Assembly: GCA_963786105.1 (NCBI GenBank)
Contig: CAWAXX010000014.1
Location: 160,001-224,000, forward strand
DNA length: 64,000 nt
Source: Vulcanimicrobiota bacterium
Lineage (GTDB): Bacteria; Vulcanimicrobiota; Vulcanimicrobiia; Vulcanimicrobiales; Vulcanimicrobiaceae
Direction of reading: 5' to 3'
Every line of letters starts with the position of its first letter. The stretch's first letter is position 1. The translations under genes and the position numbers were made by a program. Positions 17,519 to 26,630 of the stretch are shown here, piece by piece. The notes under the pieces are model-generated. The model was given only the letters and a program-made list of their open reading frames with translations. It made no database searches and was not told the DNA's origin.

Positions 17519-19780
17519 CTATTCGTCACGCCTGCCCTGGGGGCGACGGCGACGCCGCATCGGCGGCGCGCCCGGAGCATCGGCGAGATCGCGTTGCCCG
17601 GGCGCTTCGCGTGGTTCGGGCAGTTCGCGCGGGGCGCGCCGTCCTTGGTCGCCGCTGCCGTTGGACGAGCCGAGTAGGGCTTTACGCGACAGGTTGAGGC
17701 GGCCTTGGCTGTCGACCTCCATCACCTTAACGGTGATCTCGTCGCCAACGTTGACCACGTCCTCCACGCGCTCGACGCGCTGCGGTGCGAGCTGGCTGAT
17801 GTGTACGAGGCCTTCCTTACCTGGAAGAATCTGGACGAACGCACCGATCGGAATGACGCGCGTAACGGTACCGAGATACGTTTCGCCGACGACGATTTCT
17901 TTGGTGAGGTTCTCCACGATCTGTCGAGCCTTATCGCCGGATTCGCCGTCGAGCGACGTAATGAAGACCGACCCGTCGTCTTCGATGTCGATCTTGGTGA
18001 CGCCGGTATCGGCGATGATCTTGTTGATGACCTTGCCGCCTGGACCGATCACGTCTTTGATCTTGGCGGGATCGATCTTTATGACGATCATTCGCGGCGC
18101 GTACTTCGAGAGTTCGGTGCGCGGCGCGTCGATCGTTTCGGCAAGCTTATCGATGATGAAGTAACGTGACTTTTTTGCTTCCGCCATCGCCTCGCGCATG
18201 ATCTTGAGCGTGATGCCTTGGACTTTGATGTCCATTTGGATGGCGGTGATACCCTTTTTGGTTCCGGCGACCTTGAAGTCCATCTCGCCGAGCGAGTCTT
18301 CGAGCCCCTGAATGTCGGTCAATATGGCGTATTTATCGCCTTTGAGGATCAGGCCCATGGCGACGCCGGCCACGTGCCCTTTGATCGGAACGCCGGCATC
18401 CATCAACGCGAGCGTCGAACCGCAAACCGACGCCATCGAAGACGAGCCGTTGGATTCGAGCACCTCGCTCATCACGCGAATCGTATAAGGAAACTCTTCC
18501 TTTAGCGGAAGAACCGGAAGCAACGCACGTTCCGCCAGCGCGCCGTGCCCGATCTCGCGACGCCCCGGTCCGCGCATCGGCCGGGTTTCGCCGACCGAAA
18601 ACGGCGGGAAGTCGTAGAAGTGCATGTAGCGCTTGTCTTCGAGCGCGACGATGCCGTCGAGCCGTTGCGCGTCGCTCGACGATCCGAGGGTGGCGGCCGT
18701 GAACACCTGCGTCTGGCCTCGAGTGAAAACGCCCGATCCGTGAACGCGCGGCACGTAGTGCACCTTGCTCCAGATCGGTCGGATTTCGTCGGCTTTGCGG
18801 CCGTCGGGACGAATCTTTTCGTCGACGACCATCGTGCGCAGCTCTTCCTCTTCCATGGTTTTGAGGATCTTGCCGAATTCTTTCGATGCCGCGGAATCCT
18901 CCAGCAAAGCACTGATGTCGGCGTCTTTCTTGCCGCAGCGCGCGAGCGCTTCGTCGACGTTCAATTGCGCGAACGCTTCCTCACGCTGACCTTTCTCGAC
19001 GACCCGCATCGCTTTGGCAACGTCCTTGCCAAAGTTTTTGCGCACCCATTTATCGAGGTCGGAGTTGACGTGCTGGACCGGATACTCGCGCTTTTTCTTG
19101 CCGTTTTTCTTAACCAGCTGGTCGATCGCTTTCACGATCCGCTTGATTTCGCCGTGCGCGAACTCGACGGCGCCGAGGAAATCTTCCTCGGCGATTTCGT
19201 TCCCGCCGCCTTCAACCATCATCACGGCGTCGGCCGTGCCGGCAACGATGATGTCCATGCCACCGGTTTCGTACTGCGGCAGCGTGGGGTTCGCGATGAA
19301 CTCGCCGCTTTCGTCGCGGCCGACGCGCACCGCAGCAACGGTTTTGTCGAACGGAATGTCGCTGAGTGCGAGGGCGGCGCCGGCGGCGCAGACGCCGAGT
19401 ACGTCGGCATCGAGTTCCGGATCGATCGAAAGTACGGTCGCGACGATCTGCACGTCGTTGCGAAAGCCGTCGGGGAACAGCGGCCGGATCGGACGATCGA
19501 TCTGTCGCGAGCTGAGCACGGCGTGCTCGGTCGGGCGGCCTTCGCGCTTGATAAAGCCGCCCGGTATCTTGCCGGCGGCAAACATTTTCTCTTCGAAATC
19601 GCAGGTAAGGGGGAACCAGTCGATGCCTTCGCGGGGCTTGGCGGAGGCGGTGGCGGCGCAGAGCACGACGTTTTGATCGCCATAACGAACAACCGCGGAG
19701 CCATTTGCTTGCTTCGCGAGTTCGCCGGTTTCGATGACCATCGTGCGCCCGCCGACCTCTAAGGTCACGGAATCGGGCAC
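17519..19780 (-). CDS. pnp: Polyribonucleotide nucleotidyltransferase
   Basis: KIPGGFIKREGRP, RREIGHGALAERA, SNGSSSMASVC, GEMDFKVAG, KH and S1 domains. Confidence 0.98.
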   Translation of the reverse strand: MPDSVTLEVGGRTMVIETGELAKQANGSAVVRYGDQNVVLCAATASAKPREGIDWFPLTCDFEEKMFAAGKIPGGFIKREGRPTEHAVLSSRQIDRPIRPLFPDGFRNDVQIVATVLSIDPELDADVLGVCAAGAALALSDIPFDKTVAAVRVGRDESGEFIANPTLPQYETGGMDIIVAGTADAVMMVEGGGNEIAEEDFLGAVEFAHGEIKRIVKAIDQLVKKNGKKKREYPVQHVNSDLDKWVRKNFGKDVAKAMRVVEKGQREEAFAQLNVDEALARCGKKDADISALLEDSAASKEFGKILKTMEEEELRTMVVDEKIRPDGRKADEIRPIWSKVHYVPRVHGSGVFTRGQTQVFTAATLGSSSDAQRLDGIVALEDKRYMHFYDFPPFSVGETRPMRGPGRREIGHGALAERALLPVLPLKEEFPYTIRVMSEVLESNGSSSMASVCGSTLALMDAGVPIKGHVAGVAMGLILKGDKYAILTDIQGLEDSLGEMDFKVAGTKKGITAIQMDIKVQGITLKIMREAMAEAKKSRYFIIDKLAETIDAPRTELSKYAPRMIVIKIDPAKIKDVIGPGGKVINKIIADTGVTKIDIEDDGSVFITSLDGESGDKARQIVENLTKEIVVGETYLGTVTRVIPIGAFVQILPGKEGLVHISQLAPQRVERVEDVVNVGDEITVKVMEVDSQGRLNLSRKALLGSSNGSGDQGRRAPRELPEPREAPGQRDLADAPGAPPMRRRRRPQGRRDE

Positions 19781-19951
19781 GTTGTCTCCTAGTTTTTGTA
19801 TGATTGCTTTATGTTTAACCGAGCCGGGTTCGGGAGGCCCGGTGGCCCGACCTCCCGGAGTACGCTTAGTAGGTTAGTAAGTCAACCTGGCTGAATCCGC
19901 TGGTGGAATCGCTGGAAAATTCCCCATTCCTAGGGTCGCGCACAGGCGCCC

Positions 19952-19960
19952 TGGTATAAC
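19952..19960 (+). promoter_or_regulatory. Extended -10 promoter, probably leaderless transketolase mRNA
   Basis: TG-G-TATAAC 7 nt before ATG 19968, no SD. Confidence 0.55.
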
Positions 19961-19967
19961 GGCCTCT

Positions 19968-20825
19968 ATGCAAACGCTTACATCCGCACGCCGGAAAGAG
20001 CTCGAACTTAAAGCCAACGACGTGCGGCAGGGTATCATCCGCTCGCTGTTGGCAGCCGGTTCGGGGCACTCGGCTGGACCGTTGGATATGTCCGACGTAT
20101 TCGCCGCCCTCTACGGTTTTCTGATGCGGCACGACCCCGAGCGCCCGGAATGGCCGGACCGGGACCGCTTGCTGCTGTCGTGCGGACACATCGCACCCGT
20201 CCGGTATTCGGCGATGGCCAACTTCGGATACTTTCCGGTCGAAGAGCTATTGACGCTGCGCAAGTTCGGTTCGCGTTTGCAAGGCCATCCGGAACGGGTA
20301 TCGCTGCCGTCGGTCGAGACGACGTCGGGTCCTCTAGGAGAAGGGTTGGCGCAGGGCGTGGGCATGGCGCTCGGTGCCAAAATGAACGACCGGGACTTTC
20401 GCGTGTGGGTGGTCACGTCGGATGCCGAGCATCAATGCGGGCTGCATTGGGAAGCGGTCATGACCGCGGCCAAGTTCAAGCTCGACAATCTCACGTGCAT
20501 CGTTGACCGCAACTTCATTCAAATCGACGGCAGCACCGAGGACGTGATGCCGCTGGAGCCGCTGGGCGAGAAATACCGCGCGTTCAACTGGGAAGTTTTC
20601 GAGTGCGACGGTAACGACATCGCCGACTTCGTCGCAACAGCGCAGCGCGCCAGGGAGGTGACCGGCAAACCCCAGGTCGTCATCGCGAACACCGTTCCCG
20701 GGAAGGGCGTGTCGTTCATGGAAGGCGACTATACGTGGCACGGTAAGCCGCCGAACGCGCAGCAAGCCGACGAGGCGCTGCGCGAGCTGAACGCGCAACG
20801 GGAAAGGATCCTCGCAAATGCATAG
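19968..20825 (+). CDS. Transketolase N-terminal subunit
   Basis: SGHSAG, DRDRLLLSCGH, RLQGHP, TTSGPLGEG, TPP-binding region. Confidence 0.93.
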   Translation: MQTLTSARRKELELKANDVRQGIIRSLLAAGSGHSAGPLDMSDVFAALYGFLMRHDPERPEWPDRDRLLLSCGHIAPVRYSAMANFGYFPVEELLTLRKFGSRLQGHPERVSLPSVETTSGPLGEGLAQGVGMALGAKMNDRDFRVWVVTSDAEHQCGLHWEAVMTAAKFKLDNLTCIVDRNFIQIDGSTEDVMPLEPLGEKYRAFNWEVFECDGNDIADFVATAQRAREVTGKPQVVIANTVPGKGVSFMEGDYTWHGKPPNAQQADEALRELNAQRERILANA

Positions 20826-21834
20826 CGCCGCGAACGTCCTCGATAGCGCGGCGGTTGCGATGCATCTAGGCGACTATCGCGCCGCCGATCTCAAGCAGGT
20901 CCCGACCCGCAACGGTTTCGGCGAAGGATTGATCGAAGCAGGCTCGCGCAACCACGACGTCATCGGTATCTGCGCGGATCTGTCGGAATCGACGCGCTTC
21001 GAAGGATTCAAAAAAGCCCATCCCGCGCAGTACGTCGAGATCGGCGTGTCGGAGCAGTTGCTCGTCGCGATGGCCGGCGGCCTTGCGTCGGTCGGCAAGG
21101 TTCCCTGGATCGCCAGTTACGCCATGTTCAATCCCGGACGGTCCTGGGAACAAGTGCGCACGATCATGGCGCTCAACGAAACCAACGTGAAGATCGCCGG
21201 CGCGCATGCCGGCGTCTCCGTCGGGCCCGACGGCGCTACCCATCAGGCGATCGAGGACATCGCCATCATGCGCGTGATTCCACACATGACCGTGGTGGTG
21301 CCGTGCGACGCGGTGCAAACCAAGAAGGCGACGATCGCGCTTTCGGAACGCTGGGGCCCCGCCTACTTGCGATTCGGCCGCGAGAAGTCGGCCGTTTTTA
21401 CGACGGACGAAACGCCGTTCGAAATCGGGGTCGCCCAAACGCTGCGCGAAGGCGGTGACGTCGCGATCGTCGCTTGCGGCATTCTCGTCTACAACGCGCT
21501 CGTTGCGGCCGATCAGCTAGCGCGTGAGGACGGGATCGAATGTCGCGTCGTCAACAACCACACGGTCAAGCCGATGGACGAGCCGGCGATCGTCGACGCG
21601 GCGCGAGCGTGCGGCGCCGTCGTAACCGTTGAAGAACATCAGAAGCACGCGGGCATGGGTTCGCGCGTCGCCGAGATTCTCGCGCAGACGTTCCCCACGC
21701 CCATCGAATTTATCGGGGTCGAGGACCGTTTCGGCCAATCCGGCGATCCGGTCGAACTGATCGAGTTCTACGGCATGGGCGTCGGCGCGATTAAAGACGC
21801 GGTGCGCCGGGCTCACAAACGCAAGATGCGCTAG
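20818..21834 (+). CDS. Transketolase C-terminal subunit
   Basis: ADLSEST, GVSEQ, GPDGATHQAIED, VTVEEH, DRFGQSG. Confidence 0.93.
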   Translation: MHSAANVLDSAAVAMHLGDYRAADLKQVPTRNGFGEGLIEAGSRNHDVIGICADLSESTRFEGFKKAHPAQYVEIGVSEQLLVAMAGGLASVGKVPWIASYAMFNPGRSWEQVRTIMALNETNVKIAGAHAGVSVGPDGATHQAIEDIAIMRVIPHMTVVVPCDAVQTKKATIALSERWGPAYLRFGREKSAVFTTDETPFEIGVAQTLREGGDVAIVACGILVYNALVAADQLAREDGIECRVVNNHTVKPMDEPAIVDAARACGAVVTVEEHQKHAGMGSRVAEILAQTFPTPIEFIGVEDRFGQSGDPVELIEFYGMGVGAIKDAVRRAHKRKMR

Positions 21835-22364
21835 TCGAGTCGTTCTCGAAACTCGCGGTATCGATTCGCTTCGCCCTCCTCGACGCTCCAGCGTTCGATG
21901 GCATGCAAATCGACTGCACCGGTTTGGGCCACCGCTACCGCAGCTGCGAGAGCGCTTCGGTCGGCAAAAAAATAGAACGACGCTAAACGGTCTCGAATGC
22001 AATCCGTCCGAGAGAGGATGTGGAGGAGTTCGTCGCCACGGCGAATCGTAGCGTGTTTGGTTATAAGGTGTCTTCCAACGGCCAGCGGGCCGGGAGGAAA
22101 TTCGATGGTATACGGATTGTCTTTATGGGCGTAGGTTCCGCCGAACTCGCTGTATCCCAGCTCCAGCATGACCTCGCCGCCTCCCCGTGCCGAACGCTTC
22201 AAGTGGATCACGAAGTCTGCGTCCCGCGATTGATACGCTTGTGGTGCGTAGTACGTCGCTGCGCTTCCTCCGCTCAAGACCGCAACTATTCCGGATCGAT
22301 CAAGGGCCGAACAAACCGCGAAGCAGACGTCGGCGAGTGACGTCCGTGTCGTAATGATAGACAC
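21831..22364 (-). CDS. Nucleotidyltransferase-fold protein (putative toxin)
   Basis: AVLSGGSAATYY...SRDADFV fits the GG-x-A...D-x-D NTase motif. Confidence 0.65.
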   Translation of the reverse strand: MSIITTRTSLADVCFAVCSALDRSGIVAVLSGGSAATYYAPQAYQSRDADFVIHLKRSARGGGEVMLELGYSEFGGTYAHKDNPYTIEFPPGPLAVGRHLITKHATIRRGDELLHILSRTDCIRDRLASFYFFADRSALAAAVAVAQTGAVDLHAIERWSVEEGEANRYREFRERLD

Positions 22365-22365
22365 C

Positions 22366-22695
22366 TTACAGGGCCTTACCGGCGCGGCGGGGTCGACGGC
22401 GAAGTTGCGAAACGGCGCGCTCGAGATCGGGTTCGCGCTTTGCGTATTTCAGAAGGAATGCTCGAAGATCGTCGATTCCGTAAAGCCGCTTGTTTAAAGC
22501 GACCTGGCGGTTTGCGCCGACAATACGCGAAGCGAGAATCCCTTCGCGTTCAAGTTGGCTTACGATGCGCTGTACGCTAACGAGAGGGGCGTCGGCAAGT
22601 CGCGCGAGTTCTCGTGGATAGGTTTCTTCGAGCAACGCGATGAGGAGCAGAACTTTCGTTCGGACCGGGCTTCCGAAGAGCTTCGCTGGAATCAT
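22366..22695 (-). CDS. Winged-helix DNA-binding protein (putative antitoxin/regulator)
   Basis: LFGSPVRTKVL...YPRELARL...SVQRIVSQLEREGIL; 1 nt from the NTase gene. Confidence 0.75.
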   Translation of the reverse strand: MIPAKLFGSPVRTKVLLLIALLEETYPRELARLADAPLVSVQRIVSQLEREGILASRIVGANRQVALNKRLYGIDDLRAFLLKYAKREPDLERAVSQLRRRPRRAGKAL

Positions 22696-22708
22696 ATCGT
22701 GGAGTACT

Positions 22709-22746
22709 ATATCAAAAATGTAGTCGGATGACTACATTTTTGATAT
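22709..22746. promoter_or_regulatory. Perfect 17-bp inverted repeat, putative operator
   Basis: ATATCAAAAATGTAGTC-ggat-GACTACATTTTTGATAT just upstream of the HTH gene. Confidence 0.65.
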
Positions 22747-22771
22747 TACGACCACGAACAAAGGTTCGCGA

Positions 22772-23041
22772 CTAGCGGCGTAGGCCGAGGTCGGATATCA
22801 ACGAGCGATAGCGCTCCAGGTCATTGGCTTGCAGGTAGTTGAGCAGACGGCGACGCTGACCGACTTGTAAAAGCAGGCCGCGGCGACTGTGATGGTCTTT
22901 CTTGTGGATCTTCAGATGCTCGGTGAGCATGTTGATCGAGGCGGTTAGGATTGCGACTTGCACTTCGGCCGATCCGGTATCGTTCGATCCGCGGCCGTAC
23001 TTGGCGGCAATCTCCGCCTTTTGTTCCTTGGTAAGCGGCAA
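22772..23041 (-). CDS. rpsO: 30S ribosomal protein S15
   Basis: [12 protein letters not shown]...[12 protein letters not shown]...GLRR. Confidence 0.98.
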   Translation of the reverse strand: MPLTKEQKAEIAAKYGRGSNDTGSAEVQVAILTASINMLTEHLKIHKKDHHSRRGLLLQVGQRRRLLNYLQANDLERYRSLISDLGLRR

Positions 23042-23177
23042 AGAAGTGTACTCCTTGAGCAGGATGGTCTCGCGCGGGTACAGGCCCGGATTTTCGTAGG
23101 GTCCGTCCCGGCGACCGGGCTACCATAGCAGAGGGCCAGGGGGTGAAGCAAGGCCTTTGGCGCAAATCGCTGCCCGC

Positions 23178-23759
23178 ATGAAGCCGTTCCTCGTTCCGGT
23201 CATCTACGGGTCCGTCCGCACCGCGCGGCAGGGCATCAAGGCGGCGCGTTTCGTTCGGCGCGAGCTTGTGCGGCGCGGCATCGAGGCGGTCCTGATCGAC
23301 CCCCTGGAAAAACCGCTTCCACTTCTCGACCGGATGTATAAAGAGTTTCCTCCGGGCACCGCGCCGGCCGTCATGGAGGAGCTCGCGGTGCTCTTCCGCC
23401 AGGCCGACGGCTTCGCGATCGTCTCGGGTGAGTACAACAACGGTATCCCTCCGGCGCTCAAGAATCTGCTCGATCATTTTCTCGAAGAGTATTATTGGCG
23501 TCCGGCGGCCATTGCGTGTTATTCGGGAGGACGCTGGGGAGGCGTTCGCGCCGCCATGCAACTGCGCATGACGTTGTCGGAGATGGGCATGGTAACGATT
23601 CCGTCGCTTTTGCCGACCGCGCACGTCGGCGAGACCTTTACCGACGACGGCACGCCCACCGATCCGAAGACGGAACCGTATTCCGCGCAGTTCTTCGACG
23701 AGTTTATCTGGTACATGCAAGCGCTGCGCGAGCGCCGTAAGAGCGGCGTGCCATATTGA
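23178..23759 (+). CDS. NADPH-dependent FMN reductase
   Basis: IYGSVR, EYNNGIPPALKNLLD, WGGVRA. Confidence 0.9.
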   Translation: MKPFLVPVIYGSVRTARQGIKAARFVRRELVRRGIEAVLIDPLEKPLPLLDRMYKEFPPGTAPAVMEELAVLFRQADGFAIVSGEYNNGIPPALKNLLDHFLEEYYWRPAAIACYSGGRWGGVRAAMQLRMTLSEMGMVTIPSLLPTAHVGETFTDDGTPTDPKTEPYSAQFFDEFIWYMQALRERRKSGVPY

Positions 23760-23787
23760 GATCGCAGAAAGGGTAAGAGCGGCAGAC

Positions 23788-24561
23788 GTGGATTTTGGAA
23801 TTCGCGGACGGCTCGCGTTAGTCACCGGTGCGAGTGCCGGCATTGGCGAAGCGGTCGCGCTCGCGTTGGCACGGGAAGGCGTGCGGCTGGCCGTCGCGGC
23901 GCGCCGAGCGGACCGTCTCGAAGCGTTGGCCCGGCGCGCGCTCGAAGTTGGCGCGACCGATGCTCGCGCGTTCGAGTTCGACCAAAAGAGCAGCTCGACG
24001 ATCGAAGCAATGCTCGATTCGGTCCACGTCGCCTTCGGGAGCGTCGACATCTTGGTGCTCAACGGCGGCGGGCCGAAACCCGGGAGATTTACGGACACGG
24101 CAATCGAGGACTGGGATGCCGGTTATCGCGGAGTCTTGCGCAGCATGCTGGCGTTCGTCGAGCGGGCGGTCCCCGCAATGCGCGCCAACGGATGGGGGCG
24201 GATCGTCGCGCTCACGTCGACGTCGGTGAAGCAGCCGATCGAGACCCTCGTGCTTTCAAACGCATTTCGCACGGCTCTCGTGTCGGCGCTGCGTACGCTC
24301 GCTAACGAGGTGGCTTCCGAAGGAATTACCGTCAACTGCATCGCGACTGGGCGGGTGGGGACGGATCGACTACGTTCGCTGTACGGCGGCAGCGACGAAG
24401 CGATGCACGGGGCGGCGGCGGCCGACGTGCCGATCGGTCGCATCGCGACGCCGGACGAGTTTGCCCCGCTGGTCGCGTTTTTGTGCAGCGAACCGGCGAG
24501 CTATGTTACCGGACAAACCATTTCGATCGACGGCGGACTGACGCGAGGTCTGTTCGGTTGA
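23788..24561 (+). CDS. SDR family oxidoreductase
   Basis: TGASAGIG, NGGGP, LSNAFR, VTGQTISIDGG. Confidence 0.92.
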   Translation: MDFGIRGRLALVTGASAGIGEAVALALAREGVRLAVAARRADRLEALARRALEVGATDARAFEFDQKSSSTIEAMLDSVHVAFGSVDILVLNGGGPKPGRFTDTAIEDWDAGYRGVLRSMLAFVERAVPAMRANGWGRIVALTSTSVKQPIETLVLSNAFRTALVSALRTLANEVASEGITVNCIATGRVGTDRLRSLYGGSDEAMHGAAAADVPIGRIATPDEFAPLVAFLCSEPASYVTGQTISIDGGLTRGLFG

Positions 24562-24902
24562 CCGGCGCAGGCGAAACCAAAACGCGCTTCGTGCGAGTAG
24601 CGAATCGTCGCGACGTTTCCAAAGGGGCTGCGACGATCGTCCGTGCCGGTCGCCACGAGGTAGCGATTTTCGACGTTGGCGGAGAGTTGCGCGCGTACGA
24701 AAACTGCTGTCCCCACCAAGGCGGTCCGATCGGTGAAGGCGTCGTCGACGGCGACACGGTGACGTGTCCGTGGCATGCGTGGTCGTTCGATCTGCGGGAC
24801 GGCAAACTCACGCTCGGCGATTTCGCCGCATTGCGCCGTTTCGAACTGCGTGTCGAAGCCGGCGCGATCTACGTTGCCACCGAACCCGTGAACCAATCGT
24901 GA
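24558..24902 (+). CDS. Rieske-type ferredoxin (NirD-like)
   Basis: CPHQGGP...CPWHAWSFD. Confidence 0.88.
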   Translation: MTGAGETKTRFVRVANRRDVSKGAATIVRAGRHEVAIFDVGGELRAYENCCPHQGGPIGEGVVDGDTVTCPWHAWSFDLRDGKLTLGDFAALRRFELRVEAGAIYVATEPVNQS

Positions 24903-25402
24903 GCGATCGCCCTACGTGGGACGGGCGCGACGGAACCGCCGGCGGTGGGGCGTTCGGTTCGGCACTGGCTGCCGTCGCGCGGGAGCGCGACGCGTCGCCC
25001 GAGGATTTGGCGCAAGCCGCCGGACTGTCGCCTCGAGAGCTCGACGCGATCGTCGCCGGCACGCGTCGCATCGGCATCAGCGGGCTCGCTCGGTTTGCCG
25101 CGGCGTTGCGCCTGCGGCCGATGGAGTTTCTCCAACGCACGCAGATATTGTCGCTGGAAGCCTACGCCTTCGGGCTCGATCCGCTCTACTTTCTACCGGA
25201 AGGGCCGGTGCGCTACGATGCGCGCATTTACATGCGCGAGATCAACCCGCGCCATCAGGTGCCCGAGGCCGACATGACGCGCCGGAATCCCACGCTCAAG
25301 GCGCTGGCGGAAGACAGCCTGCTCGACTCGCTCGGTAAGGCGGAAGTCGAAATGGCGTACCTGCTGCGGGCGGCGGTCGAGCAGACCGGTGGGACGCTTT
25401 GA
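24899..25402 (+). CDS. XRE-family HTH protein
   Basis: FGSALAAVARERDASPEDLAQAAGLSPRELDAIVAG; GTGA coupling. Confidence 0.7.
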   Translation: MSDRPTWDGRDGTAGGGAFGSALAAVARERDASPEDLAQAAGLSPRELDAIVAGTRRIGISGLARFAAALRLRPMEFLQRTQILSLEAYAFGLDPLYFLPEGPVRYDARIYMREINPRHQVPEADMTRRNPTLKALAEDSLLDSLGKAEVEMAYLLRAAVEQTGGTL

Positions 25403-25449
25403 GGGCTCTGTAGGGGTCTCGTGTGGGGAACCGCGAACGAGGGGTTCCG

Positions 25450-26013
25450 ATGCAAGGAGTGGATGGAAAACGAATCGCCGCGCTGATCGGCGACGGATTC
25501 GAAGAAATCGATTTGATGGAGCCTCGCCGCGCCCTCGAGGAAGCCGGCGCAGTGGTGACGATCGTCGGAATTGACGAGCGTGCCCGGCAGCGCATTCGGG
25601 GAAAGCGCGGACTCGACGACGGGCAAAGCATTCGCGCCGAAGAGCTGGTTGCCGATTGCACCGCCGAGGATTTTGACGCTCTCCTGATTCCGGGCGGCGC
25701 TTCGCCGGACCGGATTCGCGGCGATCGCGACGTCCATCGGTTCTGCCGCGAATTCGACGCAGCAAAGAAACCGATGTTTTCGATCGGTCACGGCGCCCAC
25801 GTCCTCATCTCCGCGCAACTCGCGCGCGGTCGTCAGATCACCGGGGCACACTCGATTGCCGACGACATTAGGAACGCCGGTGGACTGTATCGCGATCAAC
25901 CGACGGTAACGGATTCGAACTGGGTGTCGACCCGCGGCGGTGAGGATATGCCGCAGTTCAACCGCGCGATGTTGGAGAAGCTCGCGGCCGCCGCTCCACC
26001 TCAACCCGTCTAG
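25450..26013 (+). CDS. DJ-1/PfpI family protein lacking the nucleophilic Cys
   Basis: GFEEIDL, DALLIPGGASPD, SIGHG in place of ICHG. Confidence 0.85.
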   Translation: MQGVDGKRIAALIGDGFEEIDLMEPRRALEEAGAVVTIVGIDERARQRIRGKRGLDDGQSIRAEELVADCTAEDFDALLIPGGASPDRIRGDRDVHRFCREFDAAKKPMFSIGHGAHVLISAQLARGRQITGAHSIADDIRNAGGLYRDQPTVTDSNWVSTRGGEDMPQFNRAMLEKLAAAAPPQPV

Positions 26014-26054
26014 GGGCTGATTTTCCCCATATTGTCGTCGCCTCGGGACCTCAC

Positions 26055-26630
26055 TTAGACGGGGTCGTAGCGCGCTAACGCCTCGCCATATTGTCGCAAC
26101 GCGAGAAACGACGCGAGCACCGAGAATCCCAACTCCCCTGGAATCGACCGCGCGAAGACGACGAGAACGAACGCGATCGCGCTCGCCGCGCAAGCCATTG
26201 CGACGTAGAGCATTCTCGGCGTGCCGGTTCGGATCGTCGCGGAAAGCGCCGTCAGGGTACTCGGAATGACGGCTGCGAGCGCGATTAGGAAGGTCGCGGG
26301 AATTTCGCGCAGACCGGCAATGCCGGCGGCTGCAACGTACGCGAGCGTCGCCAGCGCCGCGACCACGCACGGGACGAGTGCCTTCGCGCGCGCCAGCTGG
26401 CGTCCGAAGAGCGGCGCGCTTTGCTCGGATAAATCGAGATGAAGGAAGCGGCCGGGGCTTTGCACCAGCGCGACGACGATCCCGAGCAGCGAACAGAAAA
26501 ACACCGGTCCGGCCAAACCGTGCGGCGCAACGAATCCCACTACCGCAGCGGCGGCGCAAACGTACGCCGTAGTCCACCGCTCGGCGCGCACTCGCGCCTC
26601 CACGATGGCCAGCGTAGCGCCCCGGCTCAA
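26055..26630 (-). CDS. Hypothetical membrane protein (ABC permease-like)
   Basis: About six hydrophobic segments; TTGA coupling to the upstream ATPase-like gene. Confidence 0.6.
   Translation of the reverse strand: MSRGATLAIVEARVRAERWTTAYVCAAAAVVGFVAPHGLAGPVFFCSLLGIVVALVQSPGRFLHLDLSEQSAPLFGRQLARAKALVPCVVAALATLAYVAAAGIAGLREIPATFLIALAAVIPSTLTALSATIRTGTPRMLYVAMACAASAIAFVLVVFARSIPGELGFSVLASFLALRQYGEALARYDPV

Noticed and set aside
23042..23130. S15 autoregulatory leader RNA
   Set aside because: Plausible by position, but I could not support a specific structure by eye.
22821..24098. 425-aa minus-strand ORF
   Set aside because: Shadow across rpsO, the FMN reductase and the SDR.
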